A DNA stretch of 64,000 nt from Marsupella aquatica (GCA_973895155.1 OZ316893.1:12106359-12170358); one strand, 5' to 3'; numbered from the stretch's first letter, positions 24,493 to 37,564 are shown. Notes: generated from the letters alone by a model not told the origin. Numbers and translations are program-made.

Positions 24493-25794
24493 ATGCAGCA
24501 CCAAGCTCTCGTCGTCGGTGTTTTTGGCTCGGCCTCCGAGATGGCGATGCTGCGGCCCCAAAGGGGCGCTGCTACTGCCGCCTTCTCTTCGACTCGCCTT
24601 CCCGGTCGCTTCGTGTCGCTCAGGACCCCGCAATCGCTGCGGTTCAAGAGCTTCCATGTCCGGGCGTTCGATTCAGGCATGTCTCCCCATCTCTGTCGTT
24701 CACACTTTCTTGTCACCCTTGAGGTTTGAATCTCTTCCCGAACTTGGGGTAAACGAACCCCTAAGGTACATTGAACAATTTCTTTTGCTTAACCTTTCCC
24801 GAATCTTCATCGGAGAAATTCACCACTACGTATGGGTGGTTGTTTTCAAAGAGAAGGGGTGGATTATGAAAGTGGGAATTTGTTAGAGCCAAATTACCCG
24901 AGATACTGTGGGTTTTTAGGGTATTCTACGCTGTTCAATTGTTATCAAGGAAGGAAGATTGAGGACGTCCACGTTGTGTGAACTTTTTTGCTACAGCGAT
25001 TGCTTCTCCGGAGAAGATGGCACCCGCAATTACGCTTTCAGAAAAAGCTACGACGCATTTGAGGAAGCTCAAGGCAGAGAATGATGCCCTCTGCTTACGA
25101 ATTGGAGTCAGGCAAGGTGGCTGCTCTGGCATGTCTTATATCATGGACTTTGAAGATCAGTCCAAAGTCCGTGCTGACGATTCGATAATTGAGGCCGACG
25201 GTATCAAATTGGGTATGTCTCGATCTATCTTCACTGTATTTTGTGTCATCTGTCAGTTTGCTTGAGGCAGAAAGTGGATTCTTGCAACACGCCACGTCAA
25301 TTATGGAGTGACAATTTTTTGTTTCCTCCCTGTTTTGGGGGTTTCTTTTGCTGTGAACAATCTAGTCACTACCTGATACACGACTTGTGGCCCAGTCGTT
25401 TGGTTCTGCTATGTTTGAAGGTATTGTCAGGCCACATGACCACTAGCTATAATTGTGCTCCTCCATGGGCATCAGTAGCTGTTCCCCATTTGCAAGCTAT
25501 GCGACTTCATGTCAATTTGCTTGAACAGGATGTGATTGATCCCTCTATCTTTCTTTTAGGTCTAGCTGACAGTACGATATTAGGAGCTGAAAGTATTTGG
25601 GATATGGATTGTGTTTTCATCGAAAAACTAACTCTTGAGGCTCTTGTGGGTTTTCAGTTTGTGATCCGAAAAGTTTGCTCTTCCTTTTTGGAATGCAACT
25701 GGACTACAGTGACGCCTTGATTGGAGGGGGATTTTCGTTCAACAACCCAAACGCAACCTCATCTTGTGGATGTGGGAAGTCATTCGCAGCCTGA
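24493..25794 (+). CDS. ISCA: Plastid A-type iron-sulfur cluster assembly protein (cpIscA/SufA); 3 exons
   Basis: Exons 24493-24676, 24997-25212 and 25658-25794. Motifs [15 protein letters not shown] and [16 protein letters not shown]; transit-peptide-like first exon. The first intron needs a GC donor. Confidence 0.9.
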
Positions 25795-27170
25795 AGTAGA
25801 AATTAAGACTCAATGACTTGTATCTATATATACTGTTTATCTGTACAATTGTGATGTTATTGACTTTTGATTGATAGTTCAGCCAAACGGCAAGTTTAAC
25901 AAAAGAGCTTACCATCCTGATCTATATCTGTAGAAGTTAAAGATTGTGTCCTATCCGGATGATTGGTTTTTTAAGAAGGTTTCATTTGAACTTTGCAAGC
26001 TTTCCAAGGTAGCAAAGATGTGATTATGGCAGCCGTGTCCCAGATGGAAATTTAATCGGAATTGAAGTGAGGGTATGAGACAGGTTCATGATTGCGATAT
26101 GTTCCCCAAAGTTACCATTAAATTCTCTTTAAATTGGGCAAGGAAAACGAACGAAGGGCATAGTGCCGATCAAAAGAGGACTTTACTGACGAGGGGTTTC
26201 CACTGAGGTACAACGATTCTTTACTGACCTGTGGCTGTACAGTTTGGCAGTCAAATAGTGAAATTCGTTCCATGTTTACTGTGCCTCATCGTCAAAGAGA
26301 CTAGGCAGTCCAGAAGTATGTTATCCCAATACATTTCCCAAAAATTGAACGTCAATGTCTGAACCTCTGCGCCGGACTCGGAGGTGATTGGCTGATGGGA
26401 GGCAAGAGTGTCAAATGTTCGCTGTGTTTTTCTCTTGTATTCTTTCAAAGCAAGCAGTTGGGTCAGAGAAATACAACTTCCCTTGAGTGCGAGCTCTTTT
26501 CTTTCCCGAAGGATGGTCGCCTTCCCCCCCAAAAAAGTTGGTAGAGAACCTCATGTGAATATCATTCTGTGTACAAATTTTTACAAAGCCATTAACCTTT
26601 GTTAAGAGGGATGGTAACCTCCCCCGTAAAATCGAGTGGTCCAGACTGATATACATATGAGAAGTTCAATCTAGACAGATCGGTTCTGTCACGCAAAAAA
26701 GTGGGCCCAGACGTGTCGGTCATGGTCACGTGTAGGCTATCTCCTTTCCAAATTTCAGCTTATATTCTTTTCTAGATCACTTCAGGTTCGTCAACTGACT
26801 TACAGTTCTTACTTTTCAGCGTAATCAGGGACAAATGCTTTGAAGAAATTCTGAGATGTCAAATTCATAACTCCTCATTCCTAAACCCTTCCACCACTCT
26901 AATATGATCTGTACTCCCGAACCTGCATCATTAGGGGACTGGTTACTCGTCTGCGATACACTATGTAGGGAGTTTCCTTTCTTAATTGCATGTGAGTGGA
27001 TGTCTTAATACACAGTTGTGAACACAAATCTTGGAAAGGGGTTCCAATGTACGTGCGGAGCCTCTGAATTTGAGAAGGAGCTCTTACAATCTGTTCAACA
27101 TGGTGCAATAATTTCAAGCTTCCGCGATTACTGAAATCAGTTCACATTTGAGTTGCAAAGGGGAAAGCTC

Positions 27171-27296
27171 TCGTAGTCAGACGCAGAGAGAAGGTTTCAC
27201 AGAAAATGGGTAATACTGGTAAGGGCCTATTGAAAAGCAGGTCTCTGTCAGCAGAAAGAATTAATCATAGATATCATCCAGTACGAATAAATGTAG
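27171..27296 (-). ncRNA. Candidate box C/D snoRNA (target unassigned)
   Basis: TCGTA/TACGA terminal stem, degenerate C box TGGATGA, an internal CTGA and a terminal CTGA. Lies in the same cluster as U14. Confidence 0.4.
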
Positions 27297-27663
27297 ACAT
27301 CATCCAGAGACTGCATGCTCACTCTATACAGGATAGATAGAGTCCGATCGATCCACAACAGTAGGTGGATTTGGTGGTGACAGCCTAAAGGTTATCTAGA
27401 GGTGATATTCGCCAGCCCGCCACACAATGAAGATGAAGGGGGAGAATGGCAGTTTTTGAGTGCAGCTCACATAACCGGGGAGTACAAATTATACACTCGT
27501 TTGTAGGTTCCAATGTAATGCTTTATTAAGGATATAAAACCGCAGGGAAACGACTGAATATCCAAGGGGGCTCCTCAGAAATATATTATCATTGGTCACA
27601 TCACTTGATCAGATGGAGCTCATGATGTCTTTCCTCCTCGGAGATGGATAACTAACGGTTACT

Positions 27664-27753
27664 GCGCTCAGTGGAAGAAGAAGTCGTTTTTGTATTCTCG
27701 CATGGTACAAGCACCAATAGAGACAAGCCTCACGGCATTCATCATCATTGCGC
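27664..27753 (-). ncRNA. Box C/D snoRNA guiding 2'-O-methylation near the 18S rRNA 3' end (snoR23-like)
   Basis: GCGC-a-ATGATGA ... ACGACTTCTTCTTCC-a-CTGA-GCGC. The 15-nt guide pairs with 18S GGAAGGAGAAGUCGU with one G:U. Confidence 0.8.
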
Positions 27754-27951
27754 GGGGTTGAAGAGGGAAGGACCTTGAAACAGACCACCTATCAAGACGA
27801 TACTTTCAAACGAGAAAAGCGTACAATGACCTAGATGGAGGAAATTTCCGACATCCACCAGCCCAACGGAGAATTTAAATCTAATGTAAATGCCTTGCTG
27901 GGCGTCCCTGGAACACAAACATGTCGAGCTCTCGGAACTAATTCACGTGGA

Positions 27952-28121
27952 AAATGTTGTCACTATCTGACACAGGCCGGCATAAAAGTAGGACGAGTCC
28001 AGGAGGCCTGTCTGGAATAGCGACTTACTCCTGCAAAAGAGACTTTTACAGTAGCTGCTGGATGTTTGAAGGATAACTAAAGAGTGAAAAGATTAAAACT
28101 TGTCCTCTACTCAGTCCTTCA
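27952..28121 (-). ncRNA. Candidate H/ACA snoRNA hairpin(s)
   Basis: Hairpin TGAAGGA...TCCTTCA-aACA has pocket strands GAGT and TAGTTA matching 25S helix 69 UAACUA-U-G-ACUC. A second hairpin GTCGCTAT...ATAGTGAC is followed by aACATTT. Confidence 0.5.
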
Positions 28122-28225
28122 GCGGGAGATCTCAGAATCGTGACATACTGATACGAGTTAAACGGTGGGAAAATCAGAGGAACCAGAGTGGACACACAAA
28201 ATAAAGACCAGAGCTGGTAGCCAGA

Positions 28226-28343
28226 CGTCTCAGATATCCAAGGAAGTTAAAACCGCATCAGTTCTCAAGCCTTGCGAGCGAAAACTCTAGGGCGGCCACT
28301 GCGAATGTTTGAGAAACAAGCCTAAAGTTTATCATCACTGACG
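28226..28343 (-). ncRNA. U14: U14 box C/D snoRNA
   Basis: C box GTGATGA; domain A CATTCGCAGT (complementary to 18S ACUGCGAAUG); domain B TTCCTTGGAT before D box CTGA; CGTC/GACG terminal stem. Confidence 0.92.
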
Positions 28344-28810
28344 CTGGCAGACATATCGAATACCCACAAATTTACAACTAATAGTATAGAGGATGCGACC
28401 AAGGTTTCAGCATAAAATGCACTACCCGAGCCCACCTGCACCATTCAAAGTTTCCCGTGCTCCAGATTCCCAAACGCAGAAATCCACAGGGCAAATCGTA
28501 AGCTAGAATCCTAACAGGAGAACAGAACGACTACTTAGACGGGATAGAAGGGACCAGACTAGACGGGATCAAAGACCGCGAGCAGACGCAAAATGACAAC
28601 CCCATGCACAAACGGTCTGGCCTCACAGAGGAACCTGCTAGTAACACATTTAAACCGAAAAAGGAAAAAACATCAACGCAAAACAACGCATGGAAAAAGC
28701 CCTATTCCACTATACGCAGGCGAGGAGCACATGGGGCAAGGAAGCCATATGTAGGATGCAACCGAGGATGAGCGAAGGAGCTAATCCCCGCCCAGATGCA
28801 TCCAACATAA

Positions 28811-28930
28811 GAACACCAGGCTCCAGATTGGAATTCCATAACTCTCCGACATACGAACACCAGGCTCCAGATTGGAATTCCATAACTCTCCGACATACGA
28901 ACACCAGGCTCCAGATTGGAATTCCGTAAC
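28811..28930. repeat. 44-bp tandem repeat, ~2.7 copies
   Basis: GAACACCAGGCTCCAGATTGGAATTCCATAACTCTCCGACATAC at 28811, 28855 and 28899 (partial). Confidence 0.92.
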
Positions 28931-29349
28931 TACTACACGACCCTACCATGGAATCAGTAACAAGATACACAGCCGCGGAAAAGCAGAAGAGCCCAAATCC
29001 AGCATAGAGAGCACCGCACAAAACCAGAAGAGACCTGAACAGAAACGGAATTGCAAGAACTCAAGCGGCGGGACATGCACAGATCCATAGAAACGCTTCA
29101 CGCTTCCAGGGGTGGAAGGACGACGCGAGTAGACTGAGAAGGGTGCGCACAGGAAATTTTACATGCTCGTATCAGAGCTCTGGCTGAACACTACGGGAAC
29201 AGATTCACACCACAACAATGCGCCGCACTGCGGAATCTTTAATAAGGCCTCGCAACAGCAATCCAGAGGATTCCAACTGGTACACCAAACCCTAAAATAC
29301 TTCTAAATCGTAGCATGCCTCTGCTCTTCGTCCTCGTGCTGTCCGGCCG

Positions 29350-29955
29350 AGGATTACCAATGCTCGTCGACTTTTCTTTCAGCGAGGTGGGTGCCACTGT
29401 GCCACGGGAAAAACCCTAACGGGGTTTTACTAGGGGGTCTCAACCTTAACCACAGTTCTACTGTAGGTTCAGTATTAACAACGCTCATCGACTTTTCTTT
29501 TAGCGAGGTGGGTGCCACTGTGCCACGGGAAAAACCCTAAAGGGGGTTTTACTAGGGGGTCTCAAACCTAAACCACAGTTCTAAGTTCAGGATTACCAAT
29601 GCTGGTCGACTTTTCTTTTAGCGAGGTGGCTGCCACTTTGCCACGGGAAAAACCCTAAACTGGGTTTTACTAGGGGTCTCAAACCTTAAATACAGTTCTA
29701 AGTTCAGGATTACCGACGCCCATTGACTTTTCTTTTAGCGAGGTGGGTGCCACTTTGCCTCAAGAAAAACCCTAAAGTGGGTTTTACTAGGAGGTCTCAA
29801 ACCTTAAATACAGTTCTAGGTTCAGGATTACCAATGCCCATCAACTTTTCTTTTAGCAAGGTGGGTGCCACTTTGCCACGGGAAAAACCCTAAACGGGAA
29901 AAACCCTAAACGGGGTTTTACTAGGGGTCTTAAACATTAACCACAGTTCTAGGTT
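29350..29955. repeat. ~118-120-bp tandem array, 5 copies, most units carrying a telo-box-like AAACCCTAA
   Basis: GGATTACC...GACTTTTCTTTTAGCGAGGTGGGTGCCACT...AAAAACCCTAA...GGGGTCTCAAACCTT...CAGTTCTA repeated. Confidence 0.92.
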
Positions 29956-30689
29956 AATGTAGAAGACACTAAAGTATTAGAGCAATGTAGGATATAACTC
30001 CCAAAAAAGAGGGCACTAGCCCAAGTTTTGATGGGCTATTATCAAAAAGTTATAATACAAAGTTGCTCTCTTTTATAGAGTTTTCCTCATTTAAATTTAA
30101 GGTGCCCCAAAAAGAAAAAATCTAGTTAAAGAGAAAAAATAATAAAACAAGAGGTGAATCTCGTATAGTGTTACTGAAATAGAAATGCACAATTCCAAAA
30201 CAAAAAAGGATCCAATAGAACAAAGAAAAAGTGGAGGCCTATAAAAATGTAGGAGTATCAAGGAGACCTCCCTCTACATAGTTCACTATGTTTTGGTCCC
30301 CTTTAGCATGCCCTCACCCGCCTGAGATCAAAACTTAATTAAAAAATATTTTAGATTTAAAAATTTGTTCAAAAAGCTTTGAAATCTTTAAGAACTTTTG
30401 CATATAATATTTATTTCTCTAAAATTTAAAACTTTTTTTTAAAATCCTATCACTTGGTTGTGCTTGAATTCTATGATGCAATCGTTGCTATCTTGCGTCT
30501 CCAATTTCTAACGCAGCGCACGGGTTATTGAACACGACCACAACAACTGTATGGTCAGGATCACACATAACACTCCTCAAAGACTACATCGCAAATCTTA
30601 TATGTTTTATCTCCCCTTTACTTCTTTTCTCCCCTTCATAATTTTTCCTAATCATTACATATTTGTCTCTCTTTAACTTCTTTACCTTG

Positions 30690-31270
30690 CCTTGACATCA
30701 TCATCTCACCACATATATTTTTCTCAGACTTGACATCTTTCCTTTCCTTGACATATTTTTTTCTCCTCAAAATCTTTTCTCACCTAACTTGACATCTTTT
30801 CTCGCCATCTTTTTCTCATCTTGCCATCTTTTTTTCACCTTGACATCTTTCCTCACCCTCAACATCTTTTCTCTTCTAAACATCTTTTCCTCATCATTAC
30901 ATTTTTTCTCACCTCACCATATTTTCTCTCCTCGACATCTTTTACCCTACACATTGACTTCTTTTCCTCACCCTGACATCTTTTTCTCTCCTCAAGATCT
31001 TTTGTCACCTGGCTTGACATTTTTTCTTCATCTCGATATCTTTTCTCACCTTGACATCTTATTTTTTCTGATCTCGCCATCTTTTTCTCACCTTGACATA
31101 GACTTTATCTCACCACGACATCTTTTCTTCACCCTTAGCATCTTTTCTCTCCCCGACATCTTTTCCTCATTTTTACATCTTTTCCTCATCTTGGCATCTT
31201 TAAGCTCCTCAAAATCGTTTCCTCGCATCAACATCTATTCTCACCCTCAATCTATTCTCACCCTCTATTT
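30690..31270. repeat. Degenerate ~18-20-bp pyrimidine-rich minisatellite
   Basis: Many variants of CCTTGACATCTTTTTCTCA. Confidence 0.8.
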
Positions 31271-34200
31271 CTGATCATGAGAAAAATCATGAAGGGCATT
31301 AAGCATAAACTAAAGTCTTGCTTAGAGTATGTTCCCATATGCTCTGAAACATCCAAAGGGATAAAAGCATGAAAAGCATTAAGGTACCCTAAATTGGGTT
31401 CTATAGGGGACTTCAAAACTCAAATTTGATGTACATTAAATAGTTAGTAGGTTGTAATTACAGACAAAAAAAGCTATGGACTACTCAATTTATGACTGGT
31501 GATTTTTTGCTACAAAGAATGATTACAGGAGTGCCATAATTGAGGGTCTCAAACTGTAAACTTGATGTACCTTATGTAGTAGGTTAAGCTTGAGAGCATA
31601 AAAAGTTATGGAGTACCAAATTCATCATAATCCATATTTTTGATGCAAAAAAACTATCATCTGCCATGACCGTAGCCACTGTAAATACTAGAAAAAAACC
31701 TTAAAAAATCTCTAACAAAAACCCTGTGAACCAATTTGTGGTCAGTTCTTTGTAGGCGATAGCTAGCATTTGTAACAATGAATCTTTGAGTCGCCCTATT
31801 GTGGCATCTCAACCTTATGTTTCACAAAGGTTTTACACAACCAGAATATTTGTGGTCCGGGTCACAGATTGGAAATGTGCATTTCCTATAAAAGGGCTAC
31901 TACCTCTAACAGGGTGGTTAGTGCACCAGTGTCTGCACCCAAAAATTTGCTCTATGCAAAGCCTTTGGTGCGTCAGATATTAAATGGCCAAATTCAAAAA
32001 TTTGATGCTTAGTTAACCCACTGGGCACTTGTTGTGCCCATCTCAAACAAAGTACCCCTGGATTAAGTTTCCCCAAAGTTGAGTTTCAATCAGGGTTCGG
32101 GTGAGGGTCGCCAACAGAAATTTCCTATAGCGCTGACTAGAAGAAAATGCAGAGCAGAAAATGCGAGATGCCCTACTAGATTGCTACCTGGTTGGAATTA
32201 ATTATAACAATACCGCTCTTTCTCATGGGTAAAATCATTGAACCATAGTAAGCCATATCTTATGAGAGAGTACATGTGAAGAAGGGTTTAGGGTTCCGTC
32301 CAACCAATACCCCCAAAGGGGCCTTGGGGGCCTCAAGATAGTCAGGTTCTTCTAGCCACCTTAAAGCCATGTTGGCAATTAGCTGCTCCACCAAGAAATC
32401 AAGACAACCTAGTTCATAGTATCAAGTAACTTGACCTCACCTTGATACCATGGGCCATCATGTTAGACGTTCCTAGCACCATGAATAATACTTAACCTAT
32501 GACGGTCACCCTTCTCAAGCACAACAATGGCTACTACCCTTCTCAACACAAGACTAATCGGTGCTATTGAACATTGACAAACAGAGAAACAACCTCTATT
32601 TTTTTAGGCACGTGGAGGGACACTTATTCCAGTTCATTTACCTAGTCAACCAGCAAGATTGTTGTGAACATACCAAGAGTAGACATAGATTTAGAGGCTA
32701 TGAGCCATACCACTTCCTCTCTCTGGGCAAAATTGCCAAATAGGGTAAAGAGAGTAGCTATATTGGTAATAGAAACATTATCTTAGTGATCCTTATCCTT
32801 AATGGGAGCATGAGCCATAGGCTATCCATTAGTCCCACTAGTGCCTTTGGCCGGATTGAGTCTAGGGTGTTGATTGTTGGTCTCAGTTGGGTGGTTTTTG
32901 CCCCCTGCCTGCTATAAAGCCTTTATTAAATAAACCAAGGGGTGACTAAGATGTGTGGGCCTAAGTAAAATGCATCCTATCCTAATCTAATCGTGGTGTA
33001 ACTAACCCTAGTGAGGCCCAAACTAACTATAGCTGGGAACTTGAGTCAATTCCTAACAATTAGACCCCTGGGATGAACATATCATTCCAAGAAGCTCAAA
33101 CGGGATGCTTACTCTAAATCCATGTCATCCTACTTAAAATGCATGTTTGCATAGATCCCAGGAAATCTATCTAAGTAAAAAGTTTGGACCAAGATTCCAT
33201 CCAAGCAAATAGCTCAGCAGTATTGAAGCAACCATACCAAAAATGAATTTTCATTGGAAGTCCAAGGTGGGGGGACTATGTACAGTTGTTTCAATCTAGT
33301 TGAATGCAATCTTGCATGAGCAAAAAGCTAAGATCAAACTATCGCCCAGAGAGGCATGGTTGTGTGATAGCTCACTTGTGTTGAGACTCAAAGGTCTTGC
33401 TGGGTTCAAATGTTGCGTCTGACTATTCCCTTTCTGTGGGGTTTCACAAATTTCCCTTAAAAAAGGGGAAAAAAGAGTTGAACTATTAGTTTACTGTTCA
33501 TGATCCACCTCATAACAATGAGTTGGAAGAGAAGGACCAAGAGAAGGACTAGTTTATTAATGAATAGTATGGTCACAAATGGCTAAAATGGATATGCTCT
33601 CTTTCCCCTCCATTATGCCTGGTACCATGCTCTACCCTCCTTCCATGCCACATGGTACCTAGGGCCCAATGGACCTTTTTTCTACCCGTTGTATCATATG
33701 TCAATCCCAAATAAGGGGAGGGGCGCATTGCCCAATAAATCTTTCATATTAGCCAATGATTGACCCAATTGAATGATAAATTTGTTTGTATAAAAATCAG
33801 TATCTGTGACCAAAGAGTATTGGGTCAGACTGAATAAACTTATACAATCATTAGGTAAGTTCTCTCCTTGCAAGTTGTCCTTGGCCCTTCCTCCTTCTAT
33901 GATGTATTTTCTACTCCTCTTGGCAACCTCATGTGGGATCTATTCTCTAGGTTTGTCATAATATTCCTGCCTACCCCACCTACAAGATTTTGGGGTCCCA
34001 CCCTCAATTTCCCTTTGTTCAGTCAATACAAACAACTAACAGACTTGGAGGATTGAATGTAGAGAGGAATGCATAGTAATCAACAATTGTTTATCACCGT
34101 AAGGTGATGTCCTTTCATAAAAGGTTCCCCAGATCAATACATATCATCAAACAAACTTAGCTGACCAATTAAGTAACTCAATATCCGAACTTGTTAAGGT

Positions 34201-35127
34201 ATTTGTACCTGTTGTGCAAAAGCAGCCAACCCATGCTCAAGGACCCATGCTTAGGTAATTTTAGTGGCAAACCAAGGCTCAACTAATGTTAGCAGCACAA
34301 CAATGTTTGGCGACCTGTACGCAGCTAATTTCGTAGGTGAGCTAATTTTAGAATTTGACCCATACATGACTAATCTTAGTAGTTTATTTGCACTCAACTC
34401 GTGTGAGGCCATATGGTCTAAACATATGCCGAAGGCAATCGTCATAGGCACGGAGTTACAAGCTACAATAGCTGATCACTAAGTAAGCATACATATATAT
34501 ATACACAAGAGTCGTCCATTCAGGAGACACCATTCAAGAGGCAAAAGATCCAATAAAGGGGAGGCAACCAAAGGGCCAAAAAGCACAAGAGTGTTAAACT
34601 ATGACGTCTTCATTCATGACGATCCAATCATTACTCAATCCATGCACACGTAGTCGACACAATCTCTACGTGGTTCACCTCTTCTCCAAGGCTACGTCCA
34701 CACGAACACTCAAGCTTTACTTCAAGAGTAGACGAACACACATGCTCTCCCTCTTCCTCAAGTTGCTCCGTTACAATGAGTAAGCACCACTCACCAGCGG
34801 CTTACACTAGCCCTGGTATATACAAGGTCACACATGACTAACCTAACCTCAGCTAAGATCCTAACTGTGGTTAGCCTAAGTGTCGTAACCTATGAGTCAC
34901 AAGACTAAGAGCAATCCTTAACAAACTCCCCCTTGACTCTAGTCTTGGGGACTGCAATTTCTGCTATCCATATGAGATACTCAGCGGGAAATTCTAGACA
35001 ATCACCTAAAACCATAGGTGTCCCCCTAAAAACCATTTAAGGTTAACTAAGGGTTAACTAGAATTAAGCCGTAGCCATAACAGGATTGAGTAACCCATAT
35101 ACAGAAATTACATATTGTTAAGTTACT

Positions 35128-37564
35128 CTACTTGTGCTGCAAATGCAAAACTTGCAAAGTAGCACTGTGTCTTGAGTAACTCTCCAAAGGAATCACTTTG
35201 GTAAAAACATCAACCGGGTTGAGCTTTCCATCAATCTTGACTAGCTCAAACATTTTATCAGACACTGCTTGCCTAATAAAATGGTACCTAATGTCAATGT
35301 GTTTCACCCTGCTATCCATAACCTGGTTAATAGCTAGGTGAAACGCACTTTGGCTGTCACAATGAAGAGTCATTTTTCTATGCTCCAATCCCATCTCAGT
35401 GACCAGCTTATCCAACCAAATTGTTTCCTTTGCTGCTTTTGCTGCTGCAACATATTTTGCTTCTGTAGTAGAGTGAGATACACACTTCTGCAAGGTAGAT
35501 CTCCAACTTATGCATCCTCCTCCAAGAGTAAACACATACCCAGTCGTTGACCTCCTTGTTTCCAGACAGCCTCCGTAGTCAGAATCTACATAGCCAACCA
35601 AAGATTTGGTTTTGTTTGATCGACTATCAAACAACAGACCATAGTCTATTGTGCCCTTAAGATACCTGAGAATCCATTTCACAGCCTCCCAATGTACCTT
35701 CCCTAGATTTGACATGAATCTACTCACTTTGCCCATTGCTAGGGCTAGATCAAGTCTGGTACATGTCATCAAATACATTAGACTGCCCACTGCCTTCTCA
35801 TAAGGAACCTTAGTCATCAAGCCTCTCTCCACTGGATCCGTGGGGCAGATGATAACTTGAAATGTGAAGCCAAAGGAATACTTACTGGCTTACAATTTTC
35901 CATGTTGAATCTTGCAAGTACCTTTTCAGCATACTTGCCTTGATTCAGCCACAACTGTCCAGTTTCAAAGTTCCTCGTAATCTCCATACCTAAGATTCTT
36001 TTGGCTTTCCCAAGATCCTTCATTCGGAATTCAGAACTCAATTTTGCTTTGAGTTTGTCAACCTCAGTTTGATCCTTAGCCGCAATCAACATGTCATCCA
36101 CATAGAGCACCAGAATGAGCAAACCAAACACACCATTCTTGACTGATTTTGTATACACACAAGGGTCATACACCATCCTAGTGAATCCTTGTGCAAGCAT
36201 GAAATCATCAAACCGCTTGTTCCACTGCCGAGGAGCTTGCTTCAATCCATACAAAGACTTAAGTAACTTGCAAACTAAACTCTCTTGGCCCTTCTTCACA
36301 AAGCCCAGTGGTTGCCTCATGAAAATTTGTTCCTCCAAGGTGCCATAGAGAAAAGCAGTAACAACATCCATTTGATCTAACACCAGATCAAAAAACACAA
36401 CAAGTTGACACAAAATTTGTATCGTGAAATACTTGGCAACTGGAGAGAAGACTTCATTGTAATCCATTCCCTTCTCTTGAGTGAATCCCTTGGCAACAAG
36501 CCTTGCCTTGTATATCTTGTCTCCTCCATCTGAAGAGTTGTCCTTCAACTTGTAAATCCACTTGCTATCCACCACTTGTTGATCACTTGGCAGCTGCACC
36601 AGCTCCCATGTTCTGTTGTCACTTAAAGATTGCAACTCCCTCTACATCGCTGCATTCCATTCATCTTTCTCATCTGAAATGCACGCCTCATGATAAGAAG
36701 AAGGTTCTCCTTCTTCCAAGATCAGTGCTCTGTCATCATCATCAGGTGCAATGTTAACATCATCTAACCTTGATGAATCTGTCCATTGTCCATACCTTGT
36801 AGGAGCTCGAGTAGTACGTCTCGATTTTCTAGCTGATGATTCTGACTGATCTTGTTCTGTTGGTTGAATTTGAGGTATTCCAACAACAGCCTGCTCCTCT
36901 TGTTCCATTATCGGAATTAGCTCCATTCTCTGAGCACCTCCTTCATTTATGTCATGAAAACTCTCATGACCAATCTCCCCCACAACATGGTCCAGGATAG
37001 GAGATTTACCTTTGTCAGTACGGAAAGCCTGAGCATTCTCCTCCTCCTTTGATGATCTGGATTCATTAAAGGATACATCTCTACTGACAAGCAACGTACA
37101 AGCTTCTGGATCCCATAGCCTGTAACCTTTCACACTTGGTTGATAACCAAGAAAAAGACACTTCTTGGAAGTAGAATCTAGTTTAGATCGATGCTGCTTA
37201 GGTGTGAGAGCATATGCGTCACTTCCAAAGACTCTCAAAACCTGATAGTCTGCGTGCCGTCCATACCTCATTTCAAATGATGTCTTGAAATTGATTGCAC
37301 TTGAAAGAGAAAGATTTACCAAATAAGTTGCCGTATTTATAGCTTTAGCCCAAAATTCATGTGGTAAACCCGATTGGCTCAACATACTCCTCGATCGCTC
37401 CAATAGTGTTCGGTTCAGCCGCTCACAAACACCATTCTATTGAGGAGTATAAACTATCGTGAGATGACGAGTAATCCCTTGCTCTACACAATACAGTTCA
37501 AATTCACTTGAACTGTACTCCCCGCCGTTATTTGATCGCAGATATCTCACCTTGGATCCAGTTT
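35128..37564 (-). pseudogene. pol: Copia pol 3' part (integrase C-half, RT, RNase H)
   Basis: RS(N)NGGEY, YKARLVAKGFTQ, LYGLKQAPRQW, LYVDDMLI, YVDSDYGG, KHIDIRYHFIR; in-frame stops and a frameshift. Confidence 0.93.

Noticed and set aside
26815-26880. Additional C/D snoRNA
   Set aside because: Degenerate C box, no terminal stem and no convincing antisense element.
28811-29955. CRISPR-like arrays
   Set aside because: The units are contiguous tandem repeats without unique spacers, the context is eukaryotic, and there are no cas genes.
30789-31274. 161-aa hydrophobic ORF
   Set aside because: It is the translation of a pyrimidine-rich minisatellite.
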